DNA of 64,000 bases from Nanobdellota archaeon (GTDB lineage: Archaea > Nanobdellota > Nanobdellia > UBA10117 > ARS21). Of the stretch, positions 16,387 to 26,578 are shown piece by piece. The stretch's first letter is position 1. Each line of letters starts with the position of its first letter. The notes below the pieces were generated by a model that had not been told where the DNA came from, ran no database searches, and saw only the letters and a program-made list of their open reading frames with translations. The stretch is taken from contig JAAZWY010000001.1 in assembly GCA_014240455.1 (NCBI GenBank), positions 9,050 to 73,049 on the forward strand. Reading direction: 5' to 3'. Both the position numbers and the translations under genes were made by a program.

Positions 16387-18405
16387 CTATCCTTTCTGTA
16401 AGACTCCGTGACGAGGTTCAAATATCTCGCCTGCCTTCTTTAATCTTAATAATTCGGACTCAATCTTCTCCTTACTCATTCCTTTATCTTCCAGTGCTTT
16501 AATCAAATCATCTTTTGGAATTGCCTTACCAAATTGTGCTTCGAGTTCAGTCATTGTTTGTTTGATGCTAGAAATTCTACTTCTTTCAGTAGCAGTAATT
16601 CCAGTTGTGATTCTGTCAATGTCAATTTTTCCAGTTTCAGGATCGGTTCCAAGTTGTTTTAGTGTTTCTTCAACTAACCGAATTGCTCTTTCCGCATCTT
16701 CCTTTGTAACATTTTTTGAAAGTCTAACTTTTGCTGAAGCTTCTGCTAACCGAATAATCGCTTGAAGTTGTCTTGCTGAAATTGGAATACTCTTAATTCC
16801 ATCTTCTCCTGCAGCAGTACTTCTAATTTTGACATAATAATCTCTAATTAATTTTTGAGGCTCCTTTCCAAGTTTAGGGAAACAAGTTTGTTTAGCGTAT
16901 GCAATATATTTTCGCAGTAGGGAATGCTCAATTTCACTTTTTGCAGATTCAATATCTCCTTGCAACTTAAGTACGTGACTTGCAATGCGTTCATCTGTTG
17001 CAATATTTGGAATATCTCTGATAACGAACATTAAATCAAATCGATTGATAAGCGTTGGTGGAAGATCAATTTGTGTTGGAGGCGGTTGATAAGGATCAAA
17101 TCTACCATATTTTGGATTTGCTGCAGCAAGGACTGATGCTTGTGACATTAATGTTGCTTGAATATTTGCTTTGGAAATAGAAACTGTTTGTTGCTCCATT
17201 GCTTCGTGCATTGCACTTCGATCATCATGAGAAATTTTATCTAATTCGTCAATACAGGCCATTCCTTTATTTGCTAGAACTAAAGTTCCTGCCTCCAATG
17301 CCCAACCACCCAAGAATTCATCTTTTACAACTGCAGCAGTAAGTCCTGCTCCTGAAGCTCCACGTCCTGCTACGTATCTTGCCTTTGGTGCCAAGTTTGA
17401 AATATATCTTAACAAAATAGATTTACCTGCGCCCGGATCACCCATTAATAGAACATGAATGTCACCTCTCAATTCAGTCCCATCACTTTTTACTTTTCTT
17501 ACGCCTCCGAAGAGCTGTAATACAATACTCTCTTTGATTTCATCGTAACCATAAATTACTGGTGCGATTGATTGAATCAATTTTTCATAGATGTTTGGAT
17601 CTTTTGCTAATTTCATTATTTCATCAATTTCTTCAGAGTTTACATCAAGCTCTTCAAATTCTTCTTCCATAGATTCAACTGAATTTGCTTCTAAAATAAT
17701 ATCAAATTTTGTTGATTGTGCGCCAGTTCTTGTTGTAATTGCAACCTCTTTTACTACTCCGACAATTTTAATTTTATTCCCTGGAAAACGATTCCGTTCT
17801 AAGTCAGGTTCCAATAAATCATCATGAAGAATACAACGAATTCTTTTAGGTTGTGCTCCACCTTCTAAAGATTCGGGTGGCTCTTCAACAACTAATTGTT
17901 GAACATCGCTTAGATTTTTTTCAACCATTTTGAATTTTCCTTTATGTCGACACTGCCCACATAGTCCGGGTTCTGCTAATTTGTTTTCGTGTTGTTCAAG
18001 TTTACTTTGCGAACCGCATTTTGGACACTCAAATGTTGCGATAGTTATCATTGGTCGAATATCTGACGCTTGTCGAATTAATGCATTACAAGTAATTAAT
18101 TGCCCAAGATTTCTACTTCTCAAATCTCGAATTCTAAGCTTTTGAGATGGAGGCAAATTAATAATTCTTGCCCCTATTGCATTCTTCAAATCACCCAACT
18201 CTTCCTCAGCAATTGCACCGTTAATATATTCAAGGCTCTCTTTTGGAGACATTAAAATACTCTCTGCCAATTCAGGATCATACTTAGATAAAATCTGCCA
18301 ATCTATTTGGAGACTCTTACTTCCTTTTTGTGCGACGTCCAAGAGCTCTTTTTTGTAATATTTTTCTAGAAATGTTCTATATTGAGTTAAAGTTTTAGAC
18401 TCCAT
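16387..18405 (-). CDS. mcm: Replicative helicase MCM
   Basis: 672 aa. Walker A GDPGAGKS, zinc finger CPKCG...CGQC, arginine-finger region, IDEFDKM-like Walker B (CIDELDKI), C-terminal WH. Confidence 0.9.
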   Translation of the reverse strand: MESKTLTQYRTFLEKYYKKELLDVAQKGSKSLQIDWQILSKYDPELAESILMSPKESLEYINGAIAEEELGDLKNAIGARIINLPPSQKLRIRDLRSRNLGQLITCNALIRQASDIRPMITIATFECPKCGSQSKLEQHENKLAEPGLCGQCRHKGKFKMVEKNLSDVQQLVVEEPPESLEGGAQPKRIRCILHDDLLEPDLERNRFPGNKIKIVGVVKEVAITTRTGAQSTKFDIILEANSVESMEEEFEELDVNSEEIDEIMKLAKDPNIYEKLIQSIAPVIYGYDEIKESIVLQLFGGVRKVKSDGTELRGDIHVLLMGDPGAGKSILLRYISNLAPKARYVAGRGASGAGLTAAVVKDEFLGGWALEAGTLVLANKGMACIDELDKISHDDRSAMHEAMEQQTVSISKANIQATLMSQASVLAAANPKYGRFDPYQPPPTQIDLPPTLINRFDLMFVIRDIPNIATDERIASHVLKLQGDIESAKSEIEHSLLRKYIAYAKQTCFPKLGKEPQKLIRDYYVKIRSTAAGEDGIKSIPISARQLQAIIRLAEASAKVRLSKNVTKEDAERAIRLVEETLKQLGTDPETGKIDIDRITTGITATERSRISSIKQTMTELEAQFGKAIPKDDLIKALEDKGMSKEKIESELLRLKKAGEIFEPRHGVLQKG

Positions 18406-18456
18406 ACTGGAGTATTGACTCTTCAGTTTGGGTTAAAAAGAATTTATCTAGTAGAG

Positions 18457-19050
18457 TTACTTATCAAGTTCGCCAACATCAATAAGTTGTTCTCTCAAGA
18501 ATTTTACTGAGTCTTTGATTTGTTTTTCAGACCTTGCGCCAGTAATAACAATCTTTCCAGTTCCGAAAAGTAAGAATGTGATATTTTGGAGAACTTCTTC
18601 ACCCTTTAGCTTATAAACAAGTCCAGGAAATTGTTCTGGTTCATATTCAGTATTATCAAATAAGAATACAATTTCATTTAGGTTTAATCGTCCACCGACT
18701 GAACCTGATGCAACCATATTTTGAACTTTTATTTCAGGCTTTTTTGTAATTTCAATTCCAACTTCCTTTAGGTCATCAATTACATGTTTAACTGCTGCAC
18801 GTGCATCTTTGATTGATTTTGTTCCAGTACAAATTACTCGTCCTGAACTGAAAAGCAAATAGCTTGCTTTATTGAATGAAAGTTCTGAATCCTCAACTTT
18901 GTAAATTAGTCCAGGAAATGTTTCGGGAGTATAATCTGAATTATCTAAAAGAACTGCAAGTTTTTCTAATGGCAACTTTGCAAAAATATTTGCAGATACT
19001 ACTACATTTTGTGTCTTAGACCAAACTCGTTTATCGACTTCAGGTGCCAT
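18457..19050 (-). CDS. tbp: TATA-box binding protein
   Basis: Two direct repeats containing YTPETFPGLIYK and YEPEQFPGLVYK. Confidence 0.9.
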   Translation of the reverse strand: MAPEVDKRVWSKTQNVVVSANIFAKLPLEKLAVLLDNSDYTPETFPGLIYKVEDSELSFNKASYLLFSSGRVICTGTKSIKDARAAVKHVIDDLKEVGIEITKKPEIKVQNMVASGSVGGRLNLNEIVFLFDNTEYEPEQFPGLVYKLKGEEVLQNITFLLFGTGKIVITGARSEKQIKDSVKFLREQLIDVGELDK

Positions 19051-19096
19051 GTTAGTGTTTATTGTAGGAAAGATATATAAACCCTCCTTTATAAAG

Positions 19097-22000
19097 CTAG
19101 TTCCTCTTAATTTTTACTAAGAATCCTGTGTTTCGGATAATTATATTTGGGTTTGCTGGTTTTTTAAGATTAAATTGAATATCTTTTGTATTTGTTTTCC
19201 TTTTCAATTCAACATCATTTATTCCCAATTCTTTACCAACGTTAATCTGTACTGAGATTTTATCAGATCTCTTCAACTTTGCACCCTTTCTCAAGTCTTG
19301 GATTTTTCGTGTCAATTCTCTAGTATACCCTTTTATCAACATCTCTTTGTTTTCTTCTGGATCAAAATATAAAATATACTCAGATCTTGAGATTCCACGT
19401 AGTCCTTTAGGTAATTGTCGATTTACAATCACTTCTTTATTACTGAGTTTGATATTTTTTCCTTTAACTTTAACTCTGATTGAACCTTTTGATATTTCTG
19501 AAATTGCCTTTTGAATTGGGAGTTTGCCCAATGCTTTAGAGATTTCATTGGTTAACTTTCCATGAGTTTTTCCTGTTTCTCTGAAATTTAATTTCACTGA
19601 ATAATTAACTCCAGATATTGATTGTCTAGTTGTTATATTCATTGAGTTGATCTGATTACTTATTAGTTCTGAATATTTATTTATTGTAGCAGTTGCATTT
19701 CTTGAAGGTGTTGCAATTATCACGTCTTTAATTGGCCACCTCAACGTTCGATTCATTTTATCCCTTAATGAAAGCGAGTCTGAAATTACACTTTGAATTA
19801 ATTCAAATTCGTTTTCCAAAGTTTTGTTAAGTTCGTAGCTCTTAACCCTCGGTAGTCTTTCTAAGTGAACTGATTTTTCATTTACTCCGTCATAAACATT
19901 TAAATTTTGATAAATTTTATCTGCTACAAATGGACTGATTGGAGCAAGTAACTTTAGAACCTCAGTGATACATCTGAATAATACATAACCAGCTCGTGGA
20001 TCCTTTTCTTCGATTCTTGAACGAACTAGTTGAATGTAACTTCGACTTAAATCTTTAACTATAAATTCTGTAAGTCCTCGACCCATTTCTTGATATTCAA
20101 AGTTTTCAAAAGATGAGTGATATTTTTCAATTAATGAATTTAATTTTGAAATTATCCATTTGTCTTCTGCGACAGTCAATTTCTTTGTTGTTATTACTGG
20201 ATACTCAGTTAGAAGATAATTATGCAAATTCCAAAGAGTGTTTACCACCCCAAATGTTTCTTTCTTAACTTCATCAATGTTGAATTTTGCTAATTCGTAA
20301 GGTGGAACATTGCTTGTATAATAAAGCCTGATTAAGTCTGCTCCCAAATCATCAATACCTTGATTTGCCCAGATTGCATTTCCAATCGATTTTGACATTT
20401 TTTCACCTTTTGAATCTACGGCGAAAGCAGGCATACTAATATATTTGAAAGGGGATTTTCCGAATGCCGACACTGAAGTAAAAAGCAATGCAGTAAACCA
20501 TCCGCTTATTTGATCTACTCCTTCTGAAATTCTATCTACTGGAAAGTATTTCTCAAATTGTTTCTTATTTTGAATAGGTGCACCCATCCATGCAGTGGCT
20601 GCAACTCCAGAATCATACCAAACATCAAAGATATCAGGGACTTTTCGATAAGTTTGTCCCTTTCTGTTTTTGAAAGTAAGTTCAACTACATTATGTAAAT
20701 CATAGTTCTTTGGAAGTTTCTTTCCTATCTGTTTTTCAAGTTCCTTCTTAGTTCCAATTGCGAGAATGTCTTTTGGATCATTTTCGTTAACCCAAATTGG
20801 AATAGGTATTCCCCAGAATCTTTGTCTTGAAAAATTCCAATCTCCATAATTAACTAGCCAGGAATTCATTCGTTCTCGTCCGAATTCAGGTTTCCATTTT
20901 ACTTTGTTATTTTCTGCCAGAAGCTTCCTTCTAATTTTGTCTGTTTTGAAGAACCATTGATTTGATAATTTGAAAATTAATCCTTGTTTACAACGCCAAC
21001 AAGTTGGATAATTGTGTCTTACTTTTTCTTTATGTAGTAAACTATTGGATTTTTCTAAATCCTTTATGATTGAATTGTCTGCGTCCTTTACAAACATACC
21101 TCGGTATTTTCCAGCATTCTCAGTAAAATTACAAGCATCATCTAACGGCGATAGTTCCGGTAAACCATAATGTTTTCCAACTTCGTTATCAGTTTTACCG
21201 TGTCCTGGCGCCATATGAACAAAACCAGTTCCTTCATCCACACTTACAAATTGTTCAAATACATCCTTTGCCTTTACTCCTTTTTTTTCAGCAGTTTTTG
21301 GAGCAATTCTTTCTTTTAGAATTGGAATGCTCATGTAAATTCTGCGTGCTTTCTTATTTTTATTCAGTGAAGTTTGAGTTGGAAGGTCAAATAATGGAGA
21401 ATATTCTTCTCCCTCAAGAGTTTTTCCTTTGAACTTTCTTATTATTCGATAGTTTATTCCTAACGAGTCTAATAATTCTAACCTTGCTTCTGCAAGAATC
21501 AGATTTCCAGAATCAGTTTTTACTTTTACATAAACTCCTTGTCGAGTTGCAGCGATTGCTACATTTGAGGGAAGAGTCCAAGGTGTTGTAGTAAATACCA
21601 ATAGTGATGCGTCATCATTTTTTAGCTTGAATTTTACATAAACTCCGGGATCTGTTTTTTCAGTTTGTTCTACTTCTGCACCTGCAAGAGAAGTTTCACA
21701 ATGAGGACACCAGTGGATTGGTTTCTTTCCTCTGTAAACTTGATTTTTGTCAAACATTTGTTTGAACATCCACCATGCAGATTCCAAATATTCATTCTTG
21801 TAAGTTAAGTAAGGTTCATCATCCCAACCTATCCAAGTTCCATATTTATCATACATGTTCATCCAAACATTTACGTTCTGATCTGCGAGTTTCTTACATT
21901 CTCGAGTGAATTTACTAATTCCATATTCTAGAATATCTTTTTTATTTTTGAATCCTAGCTTCTTTTCAACCATGTTTTCAATAGGTAGTCCGTGCGTATC

Positions 22001-22237
22001 GAATCCTGCAGTAAATAAAACTGAACGACCTGTCATCCAAGCATATCTTGTTGACAAGTCTTTGTAGTAAATATTTCTTAAGTGTCCTACATGAGGATCA
22101 TTGTTTGCGTAAGGAGGTCCTTCAAGTAAAAAATATGGCTTCCCGTCTTTGTTTTTACTTTGAAGGAGATTTAGGAGATTTATTTTTCTCCAACGCTTAT
22201 TCATCTCACTTTCTACTTTACGAAAGTCATATTTCAT
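19097..22237 (-). CDS. ileS: Isoleucyl-tRNA synthetase (class I aaRS)
   Basis: 1046 aa. HIGH-type motif PPYANNDPHVGH, KMSKS motif KMSKSIGN. Length is archaeal IleRS-like; ValRS or LeuRS not fully excluded. Confidence 0.7.
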   Translation of the reverse strand: MKYDFRKVESEMNKRWRKINLLNLLQSKNKDGKPYFLLEGPPYANNDPHVGHLRNIYYKDLSTRYAWMTGRSVLFTAGFDTHGLPIENMVEKKLGFKNKKDILEYGISKFTRECKKLADQNVNVWMNMYDKYGTWIGWDDEPYLTYKNEYLESAWWMFKQMFDKNQVYRGKKPIHWCPHCETSLAGAEVEQTEKTDPGVYVKFKLKNDDASLLVFTTTPWTLPSNVAIAATRQGVYVKVKTDSGNLILAEARLELLDSLGINYRIIRKFKGKTLEGEEYSPLFDLPTQTSLNKNKKARRIYMSIPILKERIAPKTAEKKGVKAKDVFEQFVSVDEGTGFVHMAPGHGKTDNEVGKHYGLPELSPLDDACNFTENAGKYRGMFVKDADNSIIKDLEKSNSLLHKEKVRHNYPTCWRCKQGLIFKLSNQWFFKTDKIRRKLLAENNKVKWKPEFGRERMNSWLVNYGDWNFSRQRFWGIPIPIWVNENDPKDILAIGTKKELEKQIGKKLPKNYDLHNVVELTFKNRKGQTYRKVPDIFDVWYDSGVAATAWMGAPIQNKKQFEKYFPVDRISEGVDQISGWFTALLFTSVSAFGKSPFKYISMPAFAVDSKGEKMSKSIGNAIWANQGIDDLGADLIRLYYTSNVPPYELAKFNIDEVKKETFGVVNTLWNLHNYLLTEYPVITTKKLTVAEDKWIISKLNSLIEKYHSSFENFEYQEMGRGLTEFIVKDLSRSYIQLVRSRIEEKDPRAGYVLFRCITEVLKLLAPISPFVADKIYQNLNVYDGVNEKSVHLERLPRVKSYELNKTLENEFELIQSVISDSLSLRDKMNRTLRWPIKDVIIATPSRNATATINKYSELISNQINSMNITTRQSISGVNYSVKLNFRETGKTHGKLTNEISKALGKLPIQKAISEISKGSIRVKVKGKNIKLSNKEVIVNRQLPKGLRGISRSEYILYFDPEENKEMLIKGYTRELTRKIQDLRKGAKLKRSDKISVQINVGKELGINDVELKRKTNTKDIQFNLKKPANPNIIIRNTGFLVKIKRN

Positions 22238-22391
22238 AGAAATTTATCCTCCTGAAAATTTATATATGTGCCGTTAGTGTTATGGTCCTTAGAATAAACA
22301 AATGGGATAACCACTTCGCATGTAAGAAGGTTAAGTTCCAGATTTAAAAGATTTTTGAGATGCCGTATTGTACAAATCTTTAAAAGTCTAG

Positions 22392-23393
22392 TTGGAACGA
22401 TTCTCTATGTCTGAGGTTAAATTTGAAGTATGGACTGAAAAATATCGTCCAGTAACTTTATCAGAAGTTCGTGGTCAAGATGAGATTATTGATAGATTGA
22501 AAGCTTTTGTTTCTAGCAAGAGTATGCCCCATTTGCTTTTTGCAGGAATGCAAGGTACTGGAAAAACAACTTCATTTCTTGCTTTGGCTAAAGACTTGTA
22601 CGGTGATGAATGGAAAGACAACGTTCTTGAACTAAATGCTTCAGATGATCGAGGAATAAACATTGTCAGAACTTCAATCAAGGATTTTGCTCGAACTAAA
22701 ACTGTTTCCGAGAAAGTACCTTTCAAATTAATATTTTTGGATGAAGCAGATGCGCTAACTAAAGATGCACAACATGCTTTGAGAAGAACGATGGAAGATT
22801 ATACTTCAAATGTAAGGTTCTGTTTGAGTTGTAATTATTCTTCTAAAATTATTCCACCAATTCAGAGTCGATGTGCAATTTTCAGATTTAGACCACTTAA
22901 GCGTGAAGTCATTGTTCAACTTTTGAAAGATATCGCAATTCGCGAGAAGTTAATAATTCCTGAAGAATCCTCAACTTATATTTATGATGCCTCAGAAGGA
23001 GACTGCCGTAAGGCAGAAAACATATTACAAGCATGTTCTGCTATTGCAGAGAACGTAACTCTTGATGTTGTGCGAGAAGTTGTTTCATTTGCTGAACCCA
23101 CCGAATTATATGAAATAATAAAACTTGCTTTGGCAGGTAATTTTAAATCAGCTAAAGATAAGATGTCTGATATTCTGGTTAAGTACGGCCTTTCAGGAAT
23201 GGACGCAATTCGACAAATACAGAAACAAATTTGGAATTCTCCAGATTTTGATGACAAGTTAAAGGTTAAGTTGATTAAATTTTGCGGAGAATATGAATAT
23301 CGTTTGACTGAGGGCGCAAATGAGTTTGTTCAACTTAATGCCTTCCTGGCAGAAGTTGTTTTGATTGGAAACGAACTATCGCCTACAAAATAG
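22392..23393 (+). CDS. rfcS: Replication factor C small subunit
   Basis: Walker A GMQGTGKTT, DEAD-like box FLDEADAL, SRC motif (SRCAIFRF). Confidence 0.85.
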   Translation: MERFSMSEVKFEVWTEKYRPVTLSEVRGQDEIIDRLKAFVSSKSMPHLLFAGMQGTGKTTSFLALAKDLYGDEWKDNVLELNASDDRGINIVRTSIKDFARTKTVSEKVPFKLIFLDEADALTKDAQHALRRTMEDYTSNVRFCLSCNYSSKIIPPIQSRCAIFRFRPLKREVIVQLLKDIAIREKLIIPEESSTYIYDASEGDCRKAENILQACSAIAENVTLDVVREVVSFAEPTELYEIIKLALAGNFKSAKDKMSDILVKYGLSGMDAIRQIQKQIWNSPDFDDKLKVKLIKFCGEYEYRLTEGANEFVQLNAFLAEVVLIGNELSPTK

Positions 23394-23456
23394 ATTTCCT
23401 GAACTACATTTTAAACCGACATAATGCTTTTAATGAAGCTTTAGTTATTTCTGATT

Positions 23457-23885
23457 ATGCCTGCGCAAGTTAATGATGAGGTAAAATTACATTTTACAGG
23501 GTTCTTAGAAAACGGAGAAATGTTTGACACTTCAGAAGGTAAAGATCCTCTAAAATTGAAGATTGGTTCAGAGGAAATTATTCCAGGATTCAACAAAGGT
23601 CTTGAAGGGATGGAAGTTGGAGAGGAAAGACAAATTCAGATTCCTCCTGCATTGGCATACGGAACTTATCATGACGATTTAATTTGGGAAGTTTCCCGAG
23701 ATAGTCTTGAAGGTGCAGCCAAAGTTGGAGCGGTAGTGGCTGGAAAAGTTGATGGTGAAGAGTTAACTGGGAAGATTATAGAAATTAAGGATGAAGACGC
23801 TTTGGTTGATTTTAATCATCCATTGGCAGGTCAAACTTTAACCTTTGATGTTAAGTTATTAGAAATTTCTGGTCGAAATTCTTAG
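23457..23885 (+). CDS. FKBP-type peptidyl-prolyl cis-trans isomerase (SlyD-like, short)
   Basis: FKBP core with insert-in-flap (IF) architecture; HFTGFLENGEMFDTS and LTFDVKLLEI. Confidence 0.7.
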   Translation: MPAQVNDEVKLHFTGFLENGEMFDTSEGKDPLKLKIGSEEIIPGFNKGLEGMEVGEERQIQIPPALAYGTYHDDLIWEVSRDSLEGAAKVGAVVAGKVDGEELTGKIIEIKDEDALVDFNHPLAGQTLTFDVKLLEISGRNS

Positions 23886-23907
23886 TGGACACTGGACAAG
23901 TCAGTGC

Positions 23908-24129
23908 GTGCCTTATAATTGTCTTTATTTTTCTATTAGTATGAAAATGATAAGAGCTTTTGCAGGAAACTTCCTTAATTCAGGAAGAGGATACGTAGAC
24001 CTTAGAAATGTTAAGCAAACATTCTTACCTCGTAGAGTGAATGCAGTTTACAACCTTGAACCTCATGAAATGGATGTTCAAGAAGTTGAAAAAATTTTCG
24101 GAGAAGTTTTGAGGAGGTTGAGTTACTAA
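23908..24129 (+). CDS. Hypothetical small protein
   Basis: 73-aa ORF; TAATG overlap with the next small ORF. Confidence 0.25.
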   Translation: MPYNCLYFSISMKMIRAFAGNFLNSGRGYVDLRNVKQTFLPRRVNAVYNLEPHEMDVQEVEKIFGEVLRRLSY

Positions 24130-24311
24130 TGGTAACAGTCAATCAAATGCTCAACTTTGCGAGTATAAATCGTGATGCCTTTTCAGAAGTTGTCAAGCTT
24201 GCTGGCGCAGATAACGATGACGTATTAATACAAATTCTTGAGGAGAAAACCCAGGAAATTGGTATGTTACGCAAACAACTAAAAATTCTTAAGGAGAAAT
24301 TGAATAGTTGA
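24129..24311 (+). CDS. Hypothetical small coiled-coil protein
   Basis: 60-aa ORF. Confidence 0.25.
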   Translation: MVTVNQMLNFASINRDAFSEVVKLAGADNDDVLIQILEEKTQEIGMLRKQLKILKEKLNS

Positions 24312-24356
24312 TTTCTCCAGCTATATTTATTTAAACTTTGATAGTAGATTTTTTCC

Positions 24357-25517
24357 ATGCTTATCAAGAAACATGTACCTAAGAAATTGTCAGATATTGT
24401 TGGACAATATAAAGGGATTGTTAAATTTTCTAGATTTGTCAAAAGTCAGAAAAAGAAAGCTGTAATTATTTATGGCGAACCCGGAATTGGAAAAACTTTA
24501 GCAGTTAGAGTTTTCGCAACAGAACAAAATTTTGAATTACTCGAAATTCCGCCGTCAGGAACTAGAGATAAAAAGGAAATTATCTCAAAAATTGGAGTTG
24601 CATCTCAGCAACCGTCTTTGTTTGGAGGAAATAAAATAATCATGATTGATGAGTTAGAATCTTTTGGTGCAGGAAACCGCGGTGTAATTCGTGCACTTAT
24701 TGAAGTTATCAAGAAAAGTAATTATCCAATTGTTTTAACTTCAAACAATCCTTGGAATTCCAAGTTTAGAACTTTAAGGAAATATTGCGAGATGATTGAA
24801 TTTGATAAAGTTGATTGGAAAGATATTGAAAAATATCTTGCTAAGATTTGTCAGTCTGAGAATATTGATGTTGAACCTGTAGTTCTAAAGAAAATTGCAG
24901 CAAGATCTCAAGGTGATGTACGCTCAGCAGTTATGGACTTAGATGTACTTACAACAAATAAAGTAGAAGTTAAAAATACAGATTTTTTTGATTTGTTCAG
25001 AGAACGAGAAGAGAATATTTTCTATGCAGTTAAGATGGTTCTGAAATCATTTGACGGAAATGTTGCTTTTGAGGCATTTAATAATGTAAAAATTGATTCT
25101 TCAGAGTTCTTAATGTGGATTGACCAGAATATGTATCATGAATATTTAGATCCAATTTCCTTGAAGAACGGATATGATAATGTTGCATTAGGTGATAAGT
25201 TTAACAACCGAGTTTCAAAAACTCAAAATTGGTCATTAGCATATTATCCTAATTTTGTAGTATCTGTTGGAGTTCAACAAGCAAAGACGCGAGTTACTCA
25301 GAATATTTCTCGATATATGCGTCCTGAACTATTAATGAAAATATTTTCTCTTGCTGCGAAACGAAGAAAGGCTAGAGGAATATCACAACAGATATCTGGA
25401 AAGTTACATGCTTCAGGTAATGCTTTGATGAGAGACTTTTATCCGTATTTTAATTTTATTCTTGAGAAAAATCCCGAAATGGGTAAAGAATTAACTACCT
25501 ATCTGGAATCAGAATAA
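24357..25517 (+). CDS. rfcL: Replication factor C large subunit
   Basis: AAA+ Walker A GEPGIGKT, Walker B IIMIDELE, sensor region; size typical of short archaeal RfcL. Confidence 0.75.
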   Translation: MLIKKHVPKKLSDIVGQYKGIVKFSRFVKSQKKKAVIIYGEPGIGKTLAVRVFATEQNFELLEIPPSGTRDKKEIISKIGVASQQPSLFGGNKIIMIDELESFGAGNRGVIRALIEVIKKSNYPIVLTSNNPWNSKFRTLRKYCEMIEFDKVDWKDIEKYLAKICQSENIDVEPVVLKKIAARSQGDVRSAVMDLDVLTTNKVEVKNTDFFDLFREREENIFYAVKMVLKSFDGNVAFEAFNNVKIDSSEFLMWIDQNMYHEYLDPISLKNGYDNVALGDKFNNRVSKTQNWSLAYYPNFVVSVGVQQAKTRVTQNISRYMRPELLMKIFSLAAKRRKARGISQQISGKLHASGNALMRDFYPYFNFILEKNPEMGKELTTYLESE

Positions 25518-25552
25518 TAACACTTTTAAACGAGAAATATCCGTCTTTCATT

Positions 25553-25810
25553 GGGCTAGACAGGCCGGGTAAGCGCGGCTGTTATCTTATATGCTGAGAT
25601 GTCGAAGCTTGAAGGGCGGCATGGATTGTATGCTTTGTCCCTGGCGTGTGACGTCGAAGCGTTGCCTCCTCTGGCGATTAAAGATGAGAACCTGGTCAGG
25701 CGGGGAACCGAGCAGCCATAATTATGTTTATTTGTGCTTTGGAGTAGCGGCGTGGAGTTGTTCGTCAGTAAGACTTTGCATTTTTGAAATGTCCACCTTC
25801 GAGTGTGCCC
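25553..25810 (+). ncRNA. ffs: Signal recognition particle RNA (7S/SRP RNA), probable
   Basis: GC-rich ORF-free island. 5' GGGCUAG.CAGGCCGGG, helix-8-like CCUGGUCAGGCGGGGAACCGAGCAGCCAUAA (GNRA loop plus AGCAGCC motif), 3' end ...GUGUGCCC complementary to the 5' GGGC. Boundaries approximate. Confidence 0.65.
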
Positions 25811-25863
25811 TTTATATTCTTTAATTGGGCAAATATTATAATAAAGTTATGCGTTTTTGATAT

Positions 25864-26196
25864 ATGAGTTATAAAATTGGAAGTGGAGGAATTTTTCCAT
25901 ATATTGAACTTGGGAATTATATCATACACATCATGACCAATATTGATTTGGAAATGGATCGAGATATGGATTTCTGTATAACTACTGAGAAGATTTGTTC
26001 CTTTCGTCGTGAGAATATTCCACCGAAAGAGTTGGCAGATTTAATTCGAGGGGGAGAAATTTATGGTCAATTTTCTAATGCAGATTTAGTATCACTTATT
26101 GAAAAGAATCAAAATAAGATTTTACATTTTATTGAGAACCACGAGGCGTATATGCGAGGACCTCCTTATCCAGACTATGAAAGTATCGAAGGCTAA
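25864..26196 (+). CDS. Hypothetical protein
   Basis: 110-aa ORF with typical local composition. Confidence 0.35.
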   Translation: MSYKIGSGGIFPYIELGNYIIHIMTNIDLEMDRDMDFCITTEKICSFRRENIPPKELADLIRGGEIYGQFSNADLVSLIEKNQNKILHFIENHEAYMRGPPYPDYESIEG

Positions 26197-26278
26197 ATTA
26201 GTAGATTTTGGAAATTCTAAATATTTAATATATTTATCGATAGTTGTTGCAGTTATCTGGGCATACTTTTCTTAGAAA

Positions 26279-26361
26279 CGCCAAGGACGGGATTTGAACC
26301 CGCGACCCCCGAAGGGACAGGATTAGCAATCCTGCGCAATACCAGGCTATGCGACCTTGGC
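26279..26361 (-). tRNA. tRNA-Ser (anticodon GCU), class II with long variable arm
   Basis: Manual fold: acceptor GCCAAGG/CCUUGGC, anticodon stem CAGGA/UCCUG with loop UUGCUAA, variable hairpin UCCCUUCGGGGG, T-arm GCGGG-UUCAAAU-CCCGU, discriminator G. Confidence 0.8.
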
Positions 26362-26426
26362 AGGTATAAGACACCTTCTCCCCTCGGGGTTTGTGAGGGT
26401 TGCCGAAGCAACTGAGAGAAGGTGAA

Positions 26427-26500
26427 TGGGACTGGCAGGATTTGAACCAGCGACCTTCCGATCTTCAGTCGGGCGCTCTCCCAGACTGAGCTACAGTCCC
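26427..26500 (-). tRNA. tRNA-Phe (anticodon GAA)
   Basis: Acceptor GGGACUG/CAGUCCC, D-arm GCUC-AGUCUGGGA-GAGC, anticodon loop CUGAAGA, T-loop UUCAAAU, discriminator A. One mismatch each in the anticodon and T stems. Confidence 0.75.
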
Positions 26501-26578
26501 ATTGAAATCTCGGCCTGAGAGATTTATAAGTGTTTTTGTTAAGGTAATTTATTTATACGTCTGAAACATTAAGATTAT

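Noticed and set aside
16562-18145. Three + strand ORFs (16562, 17591, 17930) inside mcm
   Set aside because: Antisense to a strongly supported MCM gene; Ser/Phe-rich low-complexity products.
25591-25824. 77-aa Cys/Trp/Arg-rich ORF
   Set aside because: Lies wholly inside the GC-rich SRP RNA candidate; amino-acid composition is what GC-rich non-coding sequence gives when translated.
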